Assembly (NCBI RefSeq): GCF_945980375.1
Contig: NZ_CAMFQO010000006.1
Coordinates: 10,524 to 74,523, forward strand
Direction: 5' to 3'
Length of the DNA stretch: 64,000 bases
Origin: an uncultured Eubacterium sp.
GTDB lineage: Bacteria > Bacillota > Clostridia > Oscillospirales > Acutalibacteraceae
A program made the position numbers and the translations under genes. Of this stretch, positions 28,826-37,782 are shown one piece after another. Position 1 is the first letter of the stretch. The number at the start of each line of letters is the position of its first letter. The notes under the pieces were generated by a model, which did no database searches, had not been told where the DNA came from, and saw only the letters and a program-made list of their open reading frames with translations.

Positions 28826-30184
28826 TTAAAAATATCTAAGCTTAATTACTATCATTGCTATTGTTAACACTATTGCTGTTGCAGGGATTGCAGATTTGCA
28901 ATACTTGCCCCAGCCGACAGGATGACCTGCCTTTGATATAACCGATGTTCCCACAACGTTAGCGGATGCACCGATTGGTGTTGCACTGCCGCCAATGTCC
29001 GTGCCGACAGAAAGAGCGTATGCAAGCACGGAAAGCTCGGCACCCGGAGTTGTTGCCGCAAGGGTTTTGATAACAGGCACCATTGTTGCGGCAAACGGAA
29101 TATTGTCCACAAATGCACTTGCAATAGCAGATACACACATAATGATAAGCACCATAGCGAATACATTGCCACCGCAAATTTTTTCGATAAATCCTGCAAT
29201 AATTTCCAAAACACCTGTTTGCTCAAGTCCGCCGACCACGATAAACAATCCGATAAAGAATAAAAGCGTTTTGTAATCAACTCTTTTTATTATGTAGCCG
29301 ATGTGCTTAACTGATGTAATAAGTGTTATAATAGCTATTGCTACACCGATAAATGCAACAGTTAAGCCTGTTTGAGCGTGTGTTACAAGCAACACAACGG
29401 CAATTATAAATATGATAGTGCTGATGATAAAATCCTTTTTGTTTTCGATAGCCTCGGACGGATTAGGATATGTAGACGGGTCAACCTCTGCACTTTGATT
29501 TGCACTCAATTCTTTTTTGAATACAAAGTAGAAGAAAATTATGATAAACACAAGAGCTATGCCTGCAATAAGACCTGTGTTTGTTAAAAAGTCCGCAAAG
29601 CTGTATCCAAGTGCTGTGCCGATGATGATGTTTGGAGGGTCTCCGCACATTGTTGCCGAGCCGCCGAGGTTCGCACAGAATATTTCAGATAGCACCATTG
29701 GTACGGGGTTGAATTTCAAAAGCTGAGATAATTCAACTGTGACGGCAGCTAAAAACAGGATTACGGTAATGCTGTCAATAAACATTGAAAGCACGGCACT
29801 CATAAGCATAAAGGTTACAAGAATAGGCATAACCTTGTATTTAACAGCCTTTGCTATGGTAAGGCAGAGCCAACGGAAAAATCCGGCTCTTGCCATACCC
29901 TCAACCATAACCATCATACCCGCAATGAATATGATTGTGGCCCAGTTGATACCGCTTGAGCTTTCCTCTGCCTGACCGGATACAATCCAAAAATCAGGAG
30001 TGAAAATGCTTTTGATATTTAGGGTTTGCGTAATTGCGTCTGTACTTTTCATACAAGCTGCAAATACAATTCCGATTGTTGCGAGTCCACAGCCAAGCGT
30101 AACAATATGGCGCGGAATTTTGTCAATAATAATCATTACAAACATAAGTGCAAAGATTATTACAGCAATGATTTGTGCAGTCAT
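28826..30184 (-). CDS. ArsB/NhaD/SLC13 (ion transporter superfamily) permease
   Basis: About 12 TM; FIDSITVIL, ANLGGSATMCGDPPNII, VDNIPF, GTDIGGSATPIGASANVV. Confidence 0.85.
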   Translation of the reverse strand: MTAQIIAVIIFALMFVMIIIDKIPRHIVTLGCGLATIGIVFAACMKSTDAITQTLNIKSIFTPDFWIVSGQAEESSSGINWATIIFIAGMMVMVEGMARAGFFRWLCLTIAKAVKYKVMPILVTFMLMSAVLSMFIDSITVILFLAAVTVELSQLLKFNPVPMVLSEIFCANLGGSATMCGDPPNIIIGTALGYSFADFLTNTGLIAGIALVFIIIFFYFVFKKELSANQSAEVDPSTYPNPSEAIENKKDFIISTIIFIIAVVLLVTHAQTGLTVAFIGVAIAIITLITSVKHIGYIIKRVDYKTLLFFIGLFIVVGGLEQTGVLEIIAGFIEKICGGNVFAMVLIIMCVSAIASAFVDNIPFAATMVPVIKTLAATTPGAELSVLAYALSVGTDIGGSATPIGASANVVGTSVISKAGHPVGWGKYCKSAIPATAIVLTIAMIVIKLRYF

Positions 30185-30260
30185 AACAGTACCTCTTTTT
30201 TGTTTATTTCATTTTAATTATATTATTAATTATTTTCTTTTTCAACCCCCATATTTTTAC

Positions 30261-30289
30261 TTGAAAAAAGGTGAATAATAATATATAAT
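30261..30289 (+). promoter_or_regulatory. Sigma-A-like promoter for prfB
   Basis: TTGAAA-17 bp-TATAAT. Confidence 0.65.
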
Positions 30290-30334
30290 ATAAAATCGTG
30301 ATATATGGTAATTATTAGCATTTAGGAGTTTTTT

Positions 30335-31453
30335 ATGATAGAGTTTGAAGAATTAAGCCAAAGGCTTATGCAGTCCGAGGAGCCTATCGCAAACCTTAAG
30401 GAAGCACTTGATATTGATAATCTTAAGGTGCAGGTTGAAGAGCTTGAACATCAAAGTGCCGCTCCTGACTTTTGGGACGATATGGAAAACAGCCAAAAGG
30501 TTATGCAAAAAATCGGCTCACTAAAGGCAAAGATTGCGTCTTACGAAAGCCTTAAGGCAGATTTTGACGACGCATTGGTTATGATTGAGCTTGCCGACGA
30601 GGAGGGCGATGAAACTCTTGTTGGGGATTGCACACAGTCGGTAGAGGATATTGAAAACAGGATTGAATCATTAACCCTTTCAACTCTGCTTTCAGGCGAA
30701 TTTGATGACAATAACGCAATTCTTACCTTTCACGCAGGAGCAGGCGGAACAGAGGCGCAGGATTGGGCAGAAATGCTTTTCCGTATGTACAACCGTTGGG
30801 GTGAAAGAAAGGGATTTAAGGTGTCAACCCTTGATTATCTTGAGGGTGATGTTGCAGGTATTAAGAGTGCAACCATTCGTATTGAGGGCGAAAACGCATA
30901 TGGCTACCTCCATGGTGAAATGGGAATACACCGTCTTGTTCGTGTTTCTCCGTTTGATTCATCAGGTCGCAGACACACCTCGTTTGCATCCCTTGAGGTT
31001 ATGCCTGAAATTGACTCTGACGTGAATGTAGAGATTAGAGAAGAGGACATCAAGATGGATGTTTATCGTGCTTCCGGTGCGGGCGGTCAAAAGGTTAATA
31101 AAACCTCATCCGCTGTTCGCCTTACTCATATCCCTACGGGCATTGTTGTTTCATGTCAGGTGGAGCGTTCACAGCACCAAAACAGAGAAATGGCTATGCT
31201 TATGCTTAAATCAAAGCTTGTTGAAATTAAGGAAAGAGAAAATCTTGAAAAGATTGAAGACATCAAGGGCGACCAAAAGGAAATTGCCTGGGGCAGTCAA
31301 ATTCGCTCTTATGTATTTATGCCTTACACAATGGTTAAGGACCACAGAACCGGCTTTGAAATGGGTAACATTACAGCTGTTATGGACGGTGACCTTGACG
31401 GATTTATCAATGCTTATCTCAAAATGAAAAGCCTTGAAGCAGCCGAAAATTAA
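30335..31453 (+). CDS. prfB: Peptide chain release factor 2 (continuous ORF, no programmed frameshift)
   Basis: PDFWDD, GAGGTEAQDWA, SPF anticodon motif (VRVSPFD), GAGGQ, WGSQIRSYV. Confidence 0.97.
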   Translation: MIEFEELSQRLMQSEEPIANLKEALDIDNLKVQVEELEHQSAAPDFWDDMENSQKVMQKIGSLKAKIASYESLKADFDDALVMIELADEEGDETLVGDCTQSVEDIENRIESLTLSTLLSGEFDDNNAILTFHAGAGGTEAQDWAEMLFRMYNRWGERKGFKVSTLDYLEGDVAGIKSATIRIEGENAYGYLHGEMGIHRLVRVSPFDSSGRRHTSFASLEVMPEIDSDVNVEIREEDIKMDVYRASGAGGQKVNKTSSAVRLTHIPTGIVVSCQVERSQHQNREMAMLMLKSKLVEIKERENLEKIEDIKGDQKEIAWGSQIRSYVFMPYTMVKDHRTGFEMGNITAVMDGDLDGFINAYLKMKSLEAAEN

Positions 31454-31483
31454 TTTTATCAAAATTTTTACAATGCTAAAAAT

Positions 31484-31522
31484 GCCTCTTAAGCAAAAAA
31501 TAAGCTTGGGAGGCTTTTTATT
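31484..31522 (+). terminator. Intrinsic terminator after prfB whose 3' arm contains the SD of the next gene
   Basis: GCCTCTTAAGC / GCTTGGGAGGC stem followed by TTTTTATT then ATG at 31523. Confidence 0.7.
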
Positions 31523-32383
31523 ATGAAAATCAAAAAAATAGTGCCGTTATTTATGTGTCTTTGCTTTCTTTTCGGCTGCGCAAGACCGCTTGATGACGGT
31601 GACACCACAACTCAATCTAATACAAACGGTAATAATTCTTCAACTCAAACCGAAACAAAAACCACTACATCTCCAACGGCAAAGGCAGTTGCGGGGTTAG
31701 ATTCATTAAGCACGCAAAAGATTATTTGGGGACCGGGAAACATTGTTGACCACAAGCAACCAAATGACCCTTTATTGCTTCAAAAGCAGTATGAATCAAT
31801 GAACGCAAGATGGCTTTTGAAAAATGAAAATCAGGTGTGCCTAACCTTTGATGAGGGATACGAAAACGGCTATACTCCGCAGATTTTGGATACTCTTAAG
31901 GAAAAGCAGGTCAAGGCAATTTTCTTTGTTACCTATGACTTTGCATCGCAAAATCCCGAGCTTATCAACAGGATGATAAAGGAAGGCCATGTTGTCGGCA
32001 ATCATACCTATCGCCACTATTCCATGGACGAGGTTAGTGATGATGTTGCAAGACAGGAGGTTACCTTCCTGCACAACTATATTAAAGAAAAACACGATTA
32101 TACTATGAGTTATTTTCGATTTCCAAAGGGAGAGTTCTCGGAGCGTTCTGCGCAAATTGTAAAGGACTTGGGTTACACCTCTGTGTTTTGGAGCTTTGCC
32201 TATGCCGATTGGGATACCTCAAATCAAATTGACGAATCAATAGCCTTTACCCGTATTTGTGAAAGCACACATCCCGGTGAGATAATTTTGCTTCACGCAG
32301 TCAGCGCCACAAATGCCAATATTCTCGGCAAGGTTATTGATGATATTGAAAAGCAGGGCTATACATTTACAACAAATGTTTAG
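31523..32383 (+). CDS. Polysaccharide deacetylase lipoprotein (CE4, PdaA-like)
   Basis: Lipobox LFGC; LTFDEGY, GNHT.RH, FRFPKG, FWSFAYADW, ILLHAVS (PdaA-type motifs). Confidence 0.85.
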   Translation: MKIKKIVPLFMCLCFLFGCARPLDDGDTTTQSNTNGNNSSTQTETKTTTSPTAKAVAGLDSLSTQKIIWGPGNIVDHKQPNDPLLLQKQYESMNARWLLKNENQVCLTFDEGYENGYTPQILDTLKEKQVKAIFFVTYDFASQNPELINRMIKEGHVVGNHTYRHYSMDEVSDDVARQEVTFLHNYIKEKHDYTMSYFRFPKGEFSERSAQIVKDLGYTSVFWSFAYADWDTSNQIDESIAFTRICESTHPGEIILLHAVSATNANILGKVIDDIEKQGYTFTTNV

Positions 32384-32386
32384 ACT

Positions 32387-32716
32387 TAGACTGTCGATAA
32401 AGTGGGCTGAAACACGCCATATAAATAAAACAAACCGATTTGAGCCTCACTTGTGTAAAGGGAGGTGGGTGCGATTTATCGCACTCGGAGGGATTGTAAA
32501 AGCGGCTTAGACATCGAATCTAAGCCGCTTTTGGCGTTTTTCGCCTTTTGCTCGGTCGAGAAATCAGGGTTCCCAACAAGCTTTAGTTTGTTGGGAAGAG
32601 GAGAAACATATGAAGCATAATTACAAAACTGCGTTTTGTTCTATGCGTAATATGTTTGGACGAAGTACATCTTCCCTCGCAAAATGCGAAATTCAGCTCC
32701 ATTTCTCAACAGTCTA
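32387..32716. mobile_element. MITE-like non-coding element / composite of structured repeats
   Basis: Terminal inverted repeats TAGACTGTCGATAAA (32387-32401) and TTTCTCAACAGTCTA (32702-32716), 13/15 match; encloses at least four hairpins; no transposase. Confidence 0.6.
32498..32532. terminator. Strong hairpin inside the element, probable terminator for the deacetylase gene
   Basis: Perfect 14-bp AAAAGCGGCTTAGA / TCTAAGCCGCTTTT, 7-nt loop. Confidence 0.7.
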
Positions 32717-32788
32717 CCAGCATATCGAAATTTATGACGACTGAGGGGATGAAAAATTTGACAAAATTATTAAATTTTCAAAATATGG

Positions 32789-32817
32789 TTGAGATTGCCT
32801 GCACTATAATATATAAT
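32789..32817 (+). promoter_or_regulatory. Sigma-A-like promoter for the mre operon
   Basis: TTGAGA-17 bp-TATAAT. Confidence 0.55.
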
Positions 32818-32855
32818 ATAAAATTACAGTAAATATTATGAAAGCGGGTATACAT

Positions 32856-33836
32856 ATGCTTTTTTCAAGAGATATAGGCATCGACCTTGGAACGTCTAAC
32901 ACCAAGGTTACAGATAAAAAGGGCCACATCATAATTAATGAGCCGTCGGTTGTTGCAGTTGACGTAAAGTCAAAGCGTGTTCTTGCAACAGGCAATGAGG
33001 CAAAAAATATGATTGGCAGAACTCCGGGCTCAATTGTAGCCGTGCGTCCTATGAAGGCAGGCGTTATTGCGGATTTTGATATGACAGCCGATATGCTTCA
33101 CGATTTTATGGACCGTTCAACCTCCCGTAATGTTTTTACAAAAACAAGAGTGGTTGTATGCGTTCCGTCCGACGTTACCGAGGTAGAGCGCAGGGCAGTT
33201 GAGGACGCTGTACGTTCGGCAGGTGCGCAGGATGTTGAGCTTATTGAGGAATCTATGGCGGCTGCTCTCGGAGCAGGGCTTCCTGTTTACGAGGCAACAG
33301 GATCAATGATTATTGACATCGGCGGCGGTACAACCGATGTGGCCGTTATTTCTCTTGGCGGTATTGCCTGTTGTAACAGCATTAAGGTTGGCGGTGAGGC
33401 AATGGATGATGCAATCGTAACATATATGCGCAGGGAGCATAACCTCCTTATTGGCGAACGAACAGCCGAGGATATTAAGCTAAAGATCGGCTCTGCTATG
33501 GAGTATGACGGTGAGGCTGCAATGGAGGTTAGAGGACGCAACCTTGCTGACGGACTTCCGGGCAGTGTTGAGGTTACATCTGCAGATATACGCGCAGTGC
33601 TTGAGGAGCCTGTGTCACAGATTATTTCAGCAATCAAGGAGACGCTTGAGGTTACTCTTCCGGAGCTTGCGGCTGATATTATCGACAGAGGTATTTATCT
33701 TACAGGTGCTGCAAGTCAGCTTAGGGGGCTTCGTGATTTGATAGAAAACGAAATCCGTATCCCAATCATAGTGCCTGAGAATTCAAATGATTGTGTTGCA
33801 CTCGGCACATCAATTAAGCTCCGTCAGGCAAAATAA
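32856..33836 (+). CDS. mreB: Rod shape-determining protein MreB family
   Basis: DIGIDLGTSNT, EPSVVA, PMKAGVIADF, DIGGGTTD, KVGGE..D; precedes mreC/mreD. Start 32856 or 32838. Confidence 0.93.
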   Translation: MLFSRDIGIDLGTSNTKVTDKKGHIIINEPSVVAVDVKSKRVLATGNEAKNMIGRTPGSIVAVRPMKAGVIADFDMTADMLHDFMDRSTSRNVFTKTRVVVCVPSDVTEVERRAVEDAVRSAGAQDVELIEESMAAALGAGLPVYEATGSMIIDIGGGTTDVAVISLGGIACCNSIKVGGEAMDDAIVTYMRREHNLLIGERTAEDIKLKIGSAMEYDGEAAMEVRGRNLADGLPGSVEVTSADIRAVLEEPVSQIISAIKETLEVTLPELAADIIDRGIYLTGAASQLRGLRDLIENEIRIPIIVPENSNDCVALGTSIKLRQAK

Positions 33837-33854
33837 ATTCAGAAGAGAAGTTGT

Positions 33855-34688
33855 ATGAAAAATATATTTAGTTCAAAGCCGTTTAAGCTTGTTGTGGGCA
33901 TTATAGGGGTGTTTCTTATCGGTGCATTGATTGCAGCGGCTAACGGTCACGGCGAAACCGCACAGTCAACAATAGTAGGCACGGTGTTTTATCCTGCTCA
34001 TTATGTGGCTCAAAAGGTGTCAGACGGCATAGACAGTATTGCCGGTAATGTAAGCGGTAACAGCCAATATGAAAAGGAAATAGGAAAGCTTCAAAAGCAG
34101 GTAGGCGATTTGCAATCACAGCTTGTAGATTACGAAAATCTAAAAAGACAGAATGAGCTTTACAAGGAATTTCTCGGTGTCAAGGAGGAAAATCCCGATT
34201 TTGAATTTGTGGAGGCATCGGTTATAGGCAGGGACAGTGCGGATATTTACAAATCCTTTTCTATATCGAAGGGCACTGCCTCGGGTGTAAGTGCGGGCGA
34301 TGCCGTAATGTACGGCAAGTATCTTGTTGGAATTGTTGACAAGGCATATCCCACATACAGTGTTGTAAAAACCATTCTTGACCCTGATTTAAGCGTTTCT
34401 GCTTATGAAATTATTTCAAACGAGATTTCGTATGTAACGGGCAACGCCAAGCTTGCCAAGGAAAATAAATGCAAGATGGCAAACCTTGATGCCTCAACAA
34501 AAATTACAAACGAGTCGATTATCTGTACTGCAGGTGTGGGCGGTACTGTGCCAAAGGGACTTATTATAGGCACTGTTGATGAGATTGCTGACGAGTCAAC
34601 AGATATTTCGTCATATGCTATCATCACGCCCGGCACTCAAATTGAAGGCATCAACACCTGCTTTGTGCTGACAAATTATAAAAAATAA
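33855..34688 (+). CDS. mreC: Rod shape-determining protein MreC
   Basis: N-terminal TM, coiled coil (EN..LK..L), beta domain with VIGRD, KG..SGV, G.GGTVPKGLIIGTV. Confidence 0.92.
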   Translation: MKNIFSSKPFKLVVGIIGVFLIGALIAAANGHGETAQSTIVGTVFYPAHYVAQKVSDGIDSIAGNVSGNSQYEKEIGKLQKQVGDLQSQLVDYENLKRQNELYKEFLGVKEENPDFEFVEASVIGRDSADIYKSFSISKGTASGVSAGDAVMYGKYLVGIVDKAYPTYSVVKTILDPDLSVSAYEIISNEISYVTGNAKLAKENKCKMANLDASTKITNESIICTAGVGGTVPKGLIIGTVDEIADESTDISSYAIITPGTQIEGINTCFVLTNYKK

Positions 34689-34697
34689 GGAAGCCTT

Positions 34698-35213
34698 ATG
34701 GAACTGTCAAAACGCGAAAGAACAATTAAATATTGCGTTTATGCCGTAATTATTGCAATTTGTGCATTGCTGCAGAATGTATCAGGCCTGTTCCTGCAAA
34801 TAGGTGAGGCAAGGTGCTTTTTGCTTGTGCCTGTTGCCGTTTTGCTTTCTCTTGATGAGGACGAAAAATCGGCAGCGTTGCTTGGTCTTTTTGCAGGACT
34901 GCTGTGGGATTGCGTGTCTGCACATCATATGGGCTTTAACAGTATTTATATAATGCTTGCCTGCTACGTTTCGGCATTGCTTGTGAATAGGTTGTTCAGA
35001 GCAACCTATTGGGTTGGATATGTCGGTGCAGTAATATTCACCCTGCTTTATTGCGTGCTTTATTGGGTGCTGTTTGTTGCATTTAAGGGTGGTGACGGTG
35101 CAGTTTCCTCGCTGATTGGGTTTTACCTGCCGTCGTTTGTATACACCTGTGTTGTGGCATTACCTCTTAATCTTTTGCTTGTTCCGCTTAGGAAAAGGCT
35201 TAATAAATCTTAA
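34698..35213 (+). CDS. mreD: Rod shape-determining protein MreD
   Basis: Hydrophobic 171 aa, GLFAGLLWD motif, between mreC and PBP. Confidence 0.85.
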   Translation: MELSKRERTIKYCVYAVIIAICALLQNVSGLFLQIGEARCFLLVPVAVLLSLDEDEKSAALLGLFAGLLWDCVSAHHMGFNSIYIMLACYVSALLVNRLFRATYWVGYVGAVIFTLLYCVLYWVLFVAFKGGDGAVSSLIGFYLPSFVYTCVVALPLNLLLVPLRKRLNKS

Positions 35214-35255
35214 ATTAGTCTATGCCGTTATAAATTTTGGAAAGGAGAATTTGCT

Positions 35256-37280
35256 GTGGGCGACAGATATAAAAGTACAAGAACGGTCATTGCTGTTTTG
35301 CTTGCGCTTGCTGTGCTTGTTGGCTTTGTTGCGGATTTGTACAACATCCAGATAAAAAACAACGAGCTTTATGTTGCTCAAAGCAATGCTGTCCAAACCT
35401 ATACCGTATCAATAGAGGCGGCTCGAGGAGAGATTGTTGACCGTAACGGTAACGTTCTTGTAACTAACAGAAAGGGCAACAGCATTATTCTTGATGCTGC
35501 CTACTTTCCAAGTGCAAAGGATAACGATGCACGTAACGCCATTATTCTAAATCTTATTAACCTCTTTAATAAAAATAAAGAGGAATATGTTCACAATCTT
35601 CCTCTCAAGCTTGGAAAAAACGGCAAGATAAAATTCTTTACCAAAAAGGACGATAAGGAATACGAGTCTGCCATAAGAATTATGAAAAGCAAGGATATGT
35701 TCAATCTTCAGTCGTATGCAACCGCACAGAACTGCTTTGACGCAATGGTTGAAAAATACGGACTTGAGAAATATGATGTTAAAACCGCACTTGCAATCGG
35801 CAATATCAGATATGAGCTTACAAGGTGCTTGTTTTCGGTTTCGAATCCCGTAACCATTGCAGATGATGTTAAGGACAAAACCGTTGCTCAAATTAAGGAG
35901 GATAGGCAAGGCTTCTTGGGTGCAGACGTTCAGGTTGTTGCTTATCGCTCATATACCGACCCGACCCTTGCCGCTCACATTATAGGAACGGTACGAAAGA
36001 TTAATGCCGAGGAATATGCCGAGCTGAAGGATGAGGGCTACGGAATAAACGATGAAATCGGTGAGTCGGGCATTGAAAAGGCATGCGAGGCTGATTTGCG
36101 CGGTATTCCGGGGGAAAAAACCATTACCATTGATACGCAGGGAAATGTTACCGAAACCATTACAAAGGAGCCTGTTCAGGGTGACACAATAGTTCTCACC
36201 ATCGACAAGGATATGCAAAAGATTGCCGAAAACAAGCTGCGGGCTATTTGTATTAAAACCTCCGGCATTGCAACCGGTGCGGTTGTTGTAGAGGATGTTC
36301 ACAGCGGAGAAATACTAACAGCCGCAAACTATCCTACATTTAATTTGAACGAATATTACAGCGATTATCAAAAGCTTGCCTCAAGCAGTAAGAAGCCATT
36401 GTACAACCGATTTGCAATGGGTGCGTTTGCTCCCGGATCAACCTTTAAGCCTTTGATGTCGGTTGCCGGTCTTGAGGAGGGCGTTATTACGGACGACACT
36501 TATTTTTACTGCAACAAGTATTTTAAGATTTCCGATATGACCTTCAAGTGCACCGGCACTCACGGAGGGGTAAATGTTGAGGATGCGCTTCAACATTCAT
36601 GCAATGTATTTTATTACAACACTGCAAAGCTTCTTGGTATTGACCGTATGAATAAGTACGGAAAGATGTTTGGCCTTGGTCAAAAAACAGGCGTGGAAAT
36701 TCCGGAGTCAAAGGGTATTATGGCAGGACCGGAATACAGAAAAAGATTTGATATGACCTGGCGACCGGGTGATACCATCCAATGTGCCATCGGTCAGTCT
36801 GATAATTTGCTTACTCCGCTTCAGCTTGCAAACTATTGTGCAGTTATCGCAAACGGAGGTACTCGCTATAAGCTTCATTTTGTTAAATCAAAGATTTCAT
36901 CGGATACCGGAGCAGTTAACGAAACGGGCATAACCGTTGAAGAGGAAACGGGTATCAGCGAAAAAACATTCAAAACCGTTCGTGAAGGTATGCGCAGGGT
37001 TTCTCTGTATGGCGGACCGAACAGAATATTCAATAAGCTTAAGGTTAAAACCGCTTGTAAAACGGGTACATCACAGGTAGTTGTTAACGGCGTAAAGCAC
37101 AATAACGGCTTTCTTATTACCTATGCTCCTTATGATAACCCGGAAATAAGCATCGGCTCTGCCATTGAAACGGCAGGCTCAGGTTCTTCAACCGCAGAAA
37201 TCACCGCGTCGATTATAGATTACTATTACAGCAACAATGACAAAGAGGAAAAGGCGCAGAAGGATTCTGTACTTTTGTAA
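35256..37280 (+). CDS. mrdA: Class B penicillin-binding protein (PBP2/MrdA)
   Basis: ARGEIVDRNG dimerisation motif, G.SGIEK, active-site PGSTFK, SCN, KTGT. Confidence 0.9.
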   Translation: MGDRYKSTRTVIAVLLALAVLVGFVADLYNIQIKNNELYVAQSNAVQTYTVSIEAARGEIVDRNGNVLVTNRKGNSIILDAAYFPSAKDNDARNAIILNLINLFNKNKEEYVHNLPLKLGKNGKIKFFTKKDDKEYESAIRIMKSKDMFNLQSYATAQNCFDAMVEKYGLEKYDVKTALAIGNIRYELTRCLFSVSNPVTIADDVKDKTVAQIKEDRQGFLGADVQVVAYRSYTDPTLAAHIIGTVRKINAEEYAELKDEGYGINDEIGESGIEKACEADLRGIPGEKTITIDTQGNVTETITKEPVQGDTIVLTIDKDMQKIAENKLRAICIKTSGIATGAVVVEDVHSGEILTAANYPTFNLNEYYSDYQKLASSSKKPLYNRFAMGAFAPGSTFKPLMSVAGLEEGVITDDTYFYCNKYFKISDMTFKCTGTHGGVNVEDALQHSCNVFYYNTAKLLGIDRMNKYGKMFGLGQKTGVEIPESKGIMAGPEYRKRFDMTWRPGDTIQCAIGQSDNLLTPLQLANYCAVIANGGTRYKLHFVKSKISSDTGAVNETGITVEEETGISEKTFKTVREGMRRVSLYGGPNRIFNKLKVKTACKTGTSQVVVNGVKHNNGFLITYAPYDNPEISIGSAIETAGSGSSTAEITASIIDYYYSNNDKEEKAQKDSVLL

Positions 37281-37359
37281 AAAAAATCTTGAAAAAATCT
37301 TCCAATAGTTGTAATATGTTATTATATTACTATATATTAGAAAAGGTAGGTTAGGGAGT

Positions 37360-37773
37360 ATGAATATAGCACTTATAGCACACGATGCAAAAAAAGAATT
37401 GTTAGTTCAGTTTTGTATTGCATATTGCGGTATTATCAGCCGTCACGATGTTTGTGCAACCGGCACAACAGGCAAGCTTGTTAAGGAAGCAACCGGTCTT
37501 GATATTAATTGCTTTTTGAGTGGCTCTCAGGGTGGAGGCCAGCAGATCGCGAGCCGTATTGCCTGCAACGAAATCGACCTTTTAATTTTCTTTAGAGACC
37601 CACTTAATCCAAAGCCTCACGAGCCAAACGACAACGATTTGTTGCGCCTTTGCGATGTTCATAATATACCTTTTGCAACAAATATTGCCACAGCGGAGGC
37701 TCTTATCAGAGGCGTTGAGCGCGGTGACTTTGAGTGGAGAGAAATTGTTAATCCACGATATAATCAAAAATAA
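37360..37773 (+). CDS. mgsA: Methylglyoxal synthase
   Basis: [38 protein letters not shown]. Confidence 0.95.
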   Translation: MNIALIAHDAKKELLVQFCIAYCGIISRHDVCATGTTGKLVKEATGLDINCFLSGSQGGGQQIASRIACNEIDLLIFFRDPLNPKPHEPNDNDLLRLCDVHNIPFATNIATAEALIRGVERGDFEWREIVNPRYNQK

Positions 37774-37782
37774 ACTGCTTTG

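Noticed and set aside
32387-32716. Possible CRISPR array or riboswitch in the hairpin cluster
   Set aside because: Hairpins differ from each other, there is no repeat-spacer periodicity, no cas genes and no riboswitch core motif recognised
32610-32744. 44-codon ORF with SD as an annotated CDS
   Set aside because: Built from repeat sequence and crosses the TIR; kept only as a hypothesis in findings
32773-32787. CodY-box-like AATTTTCAAAATATG near the mreB promoter
   Set aside because: 12/15 match in very AT-rich DNA; not distinguishable from chance
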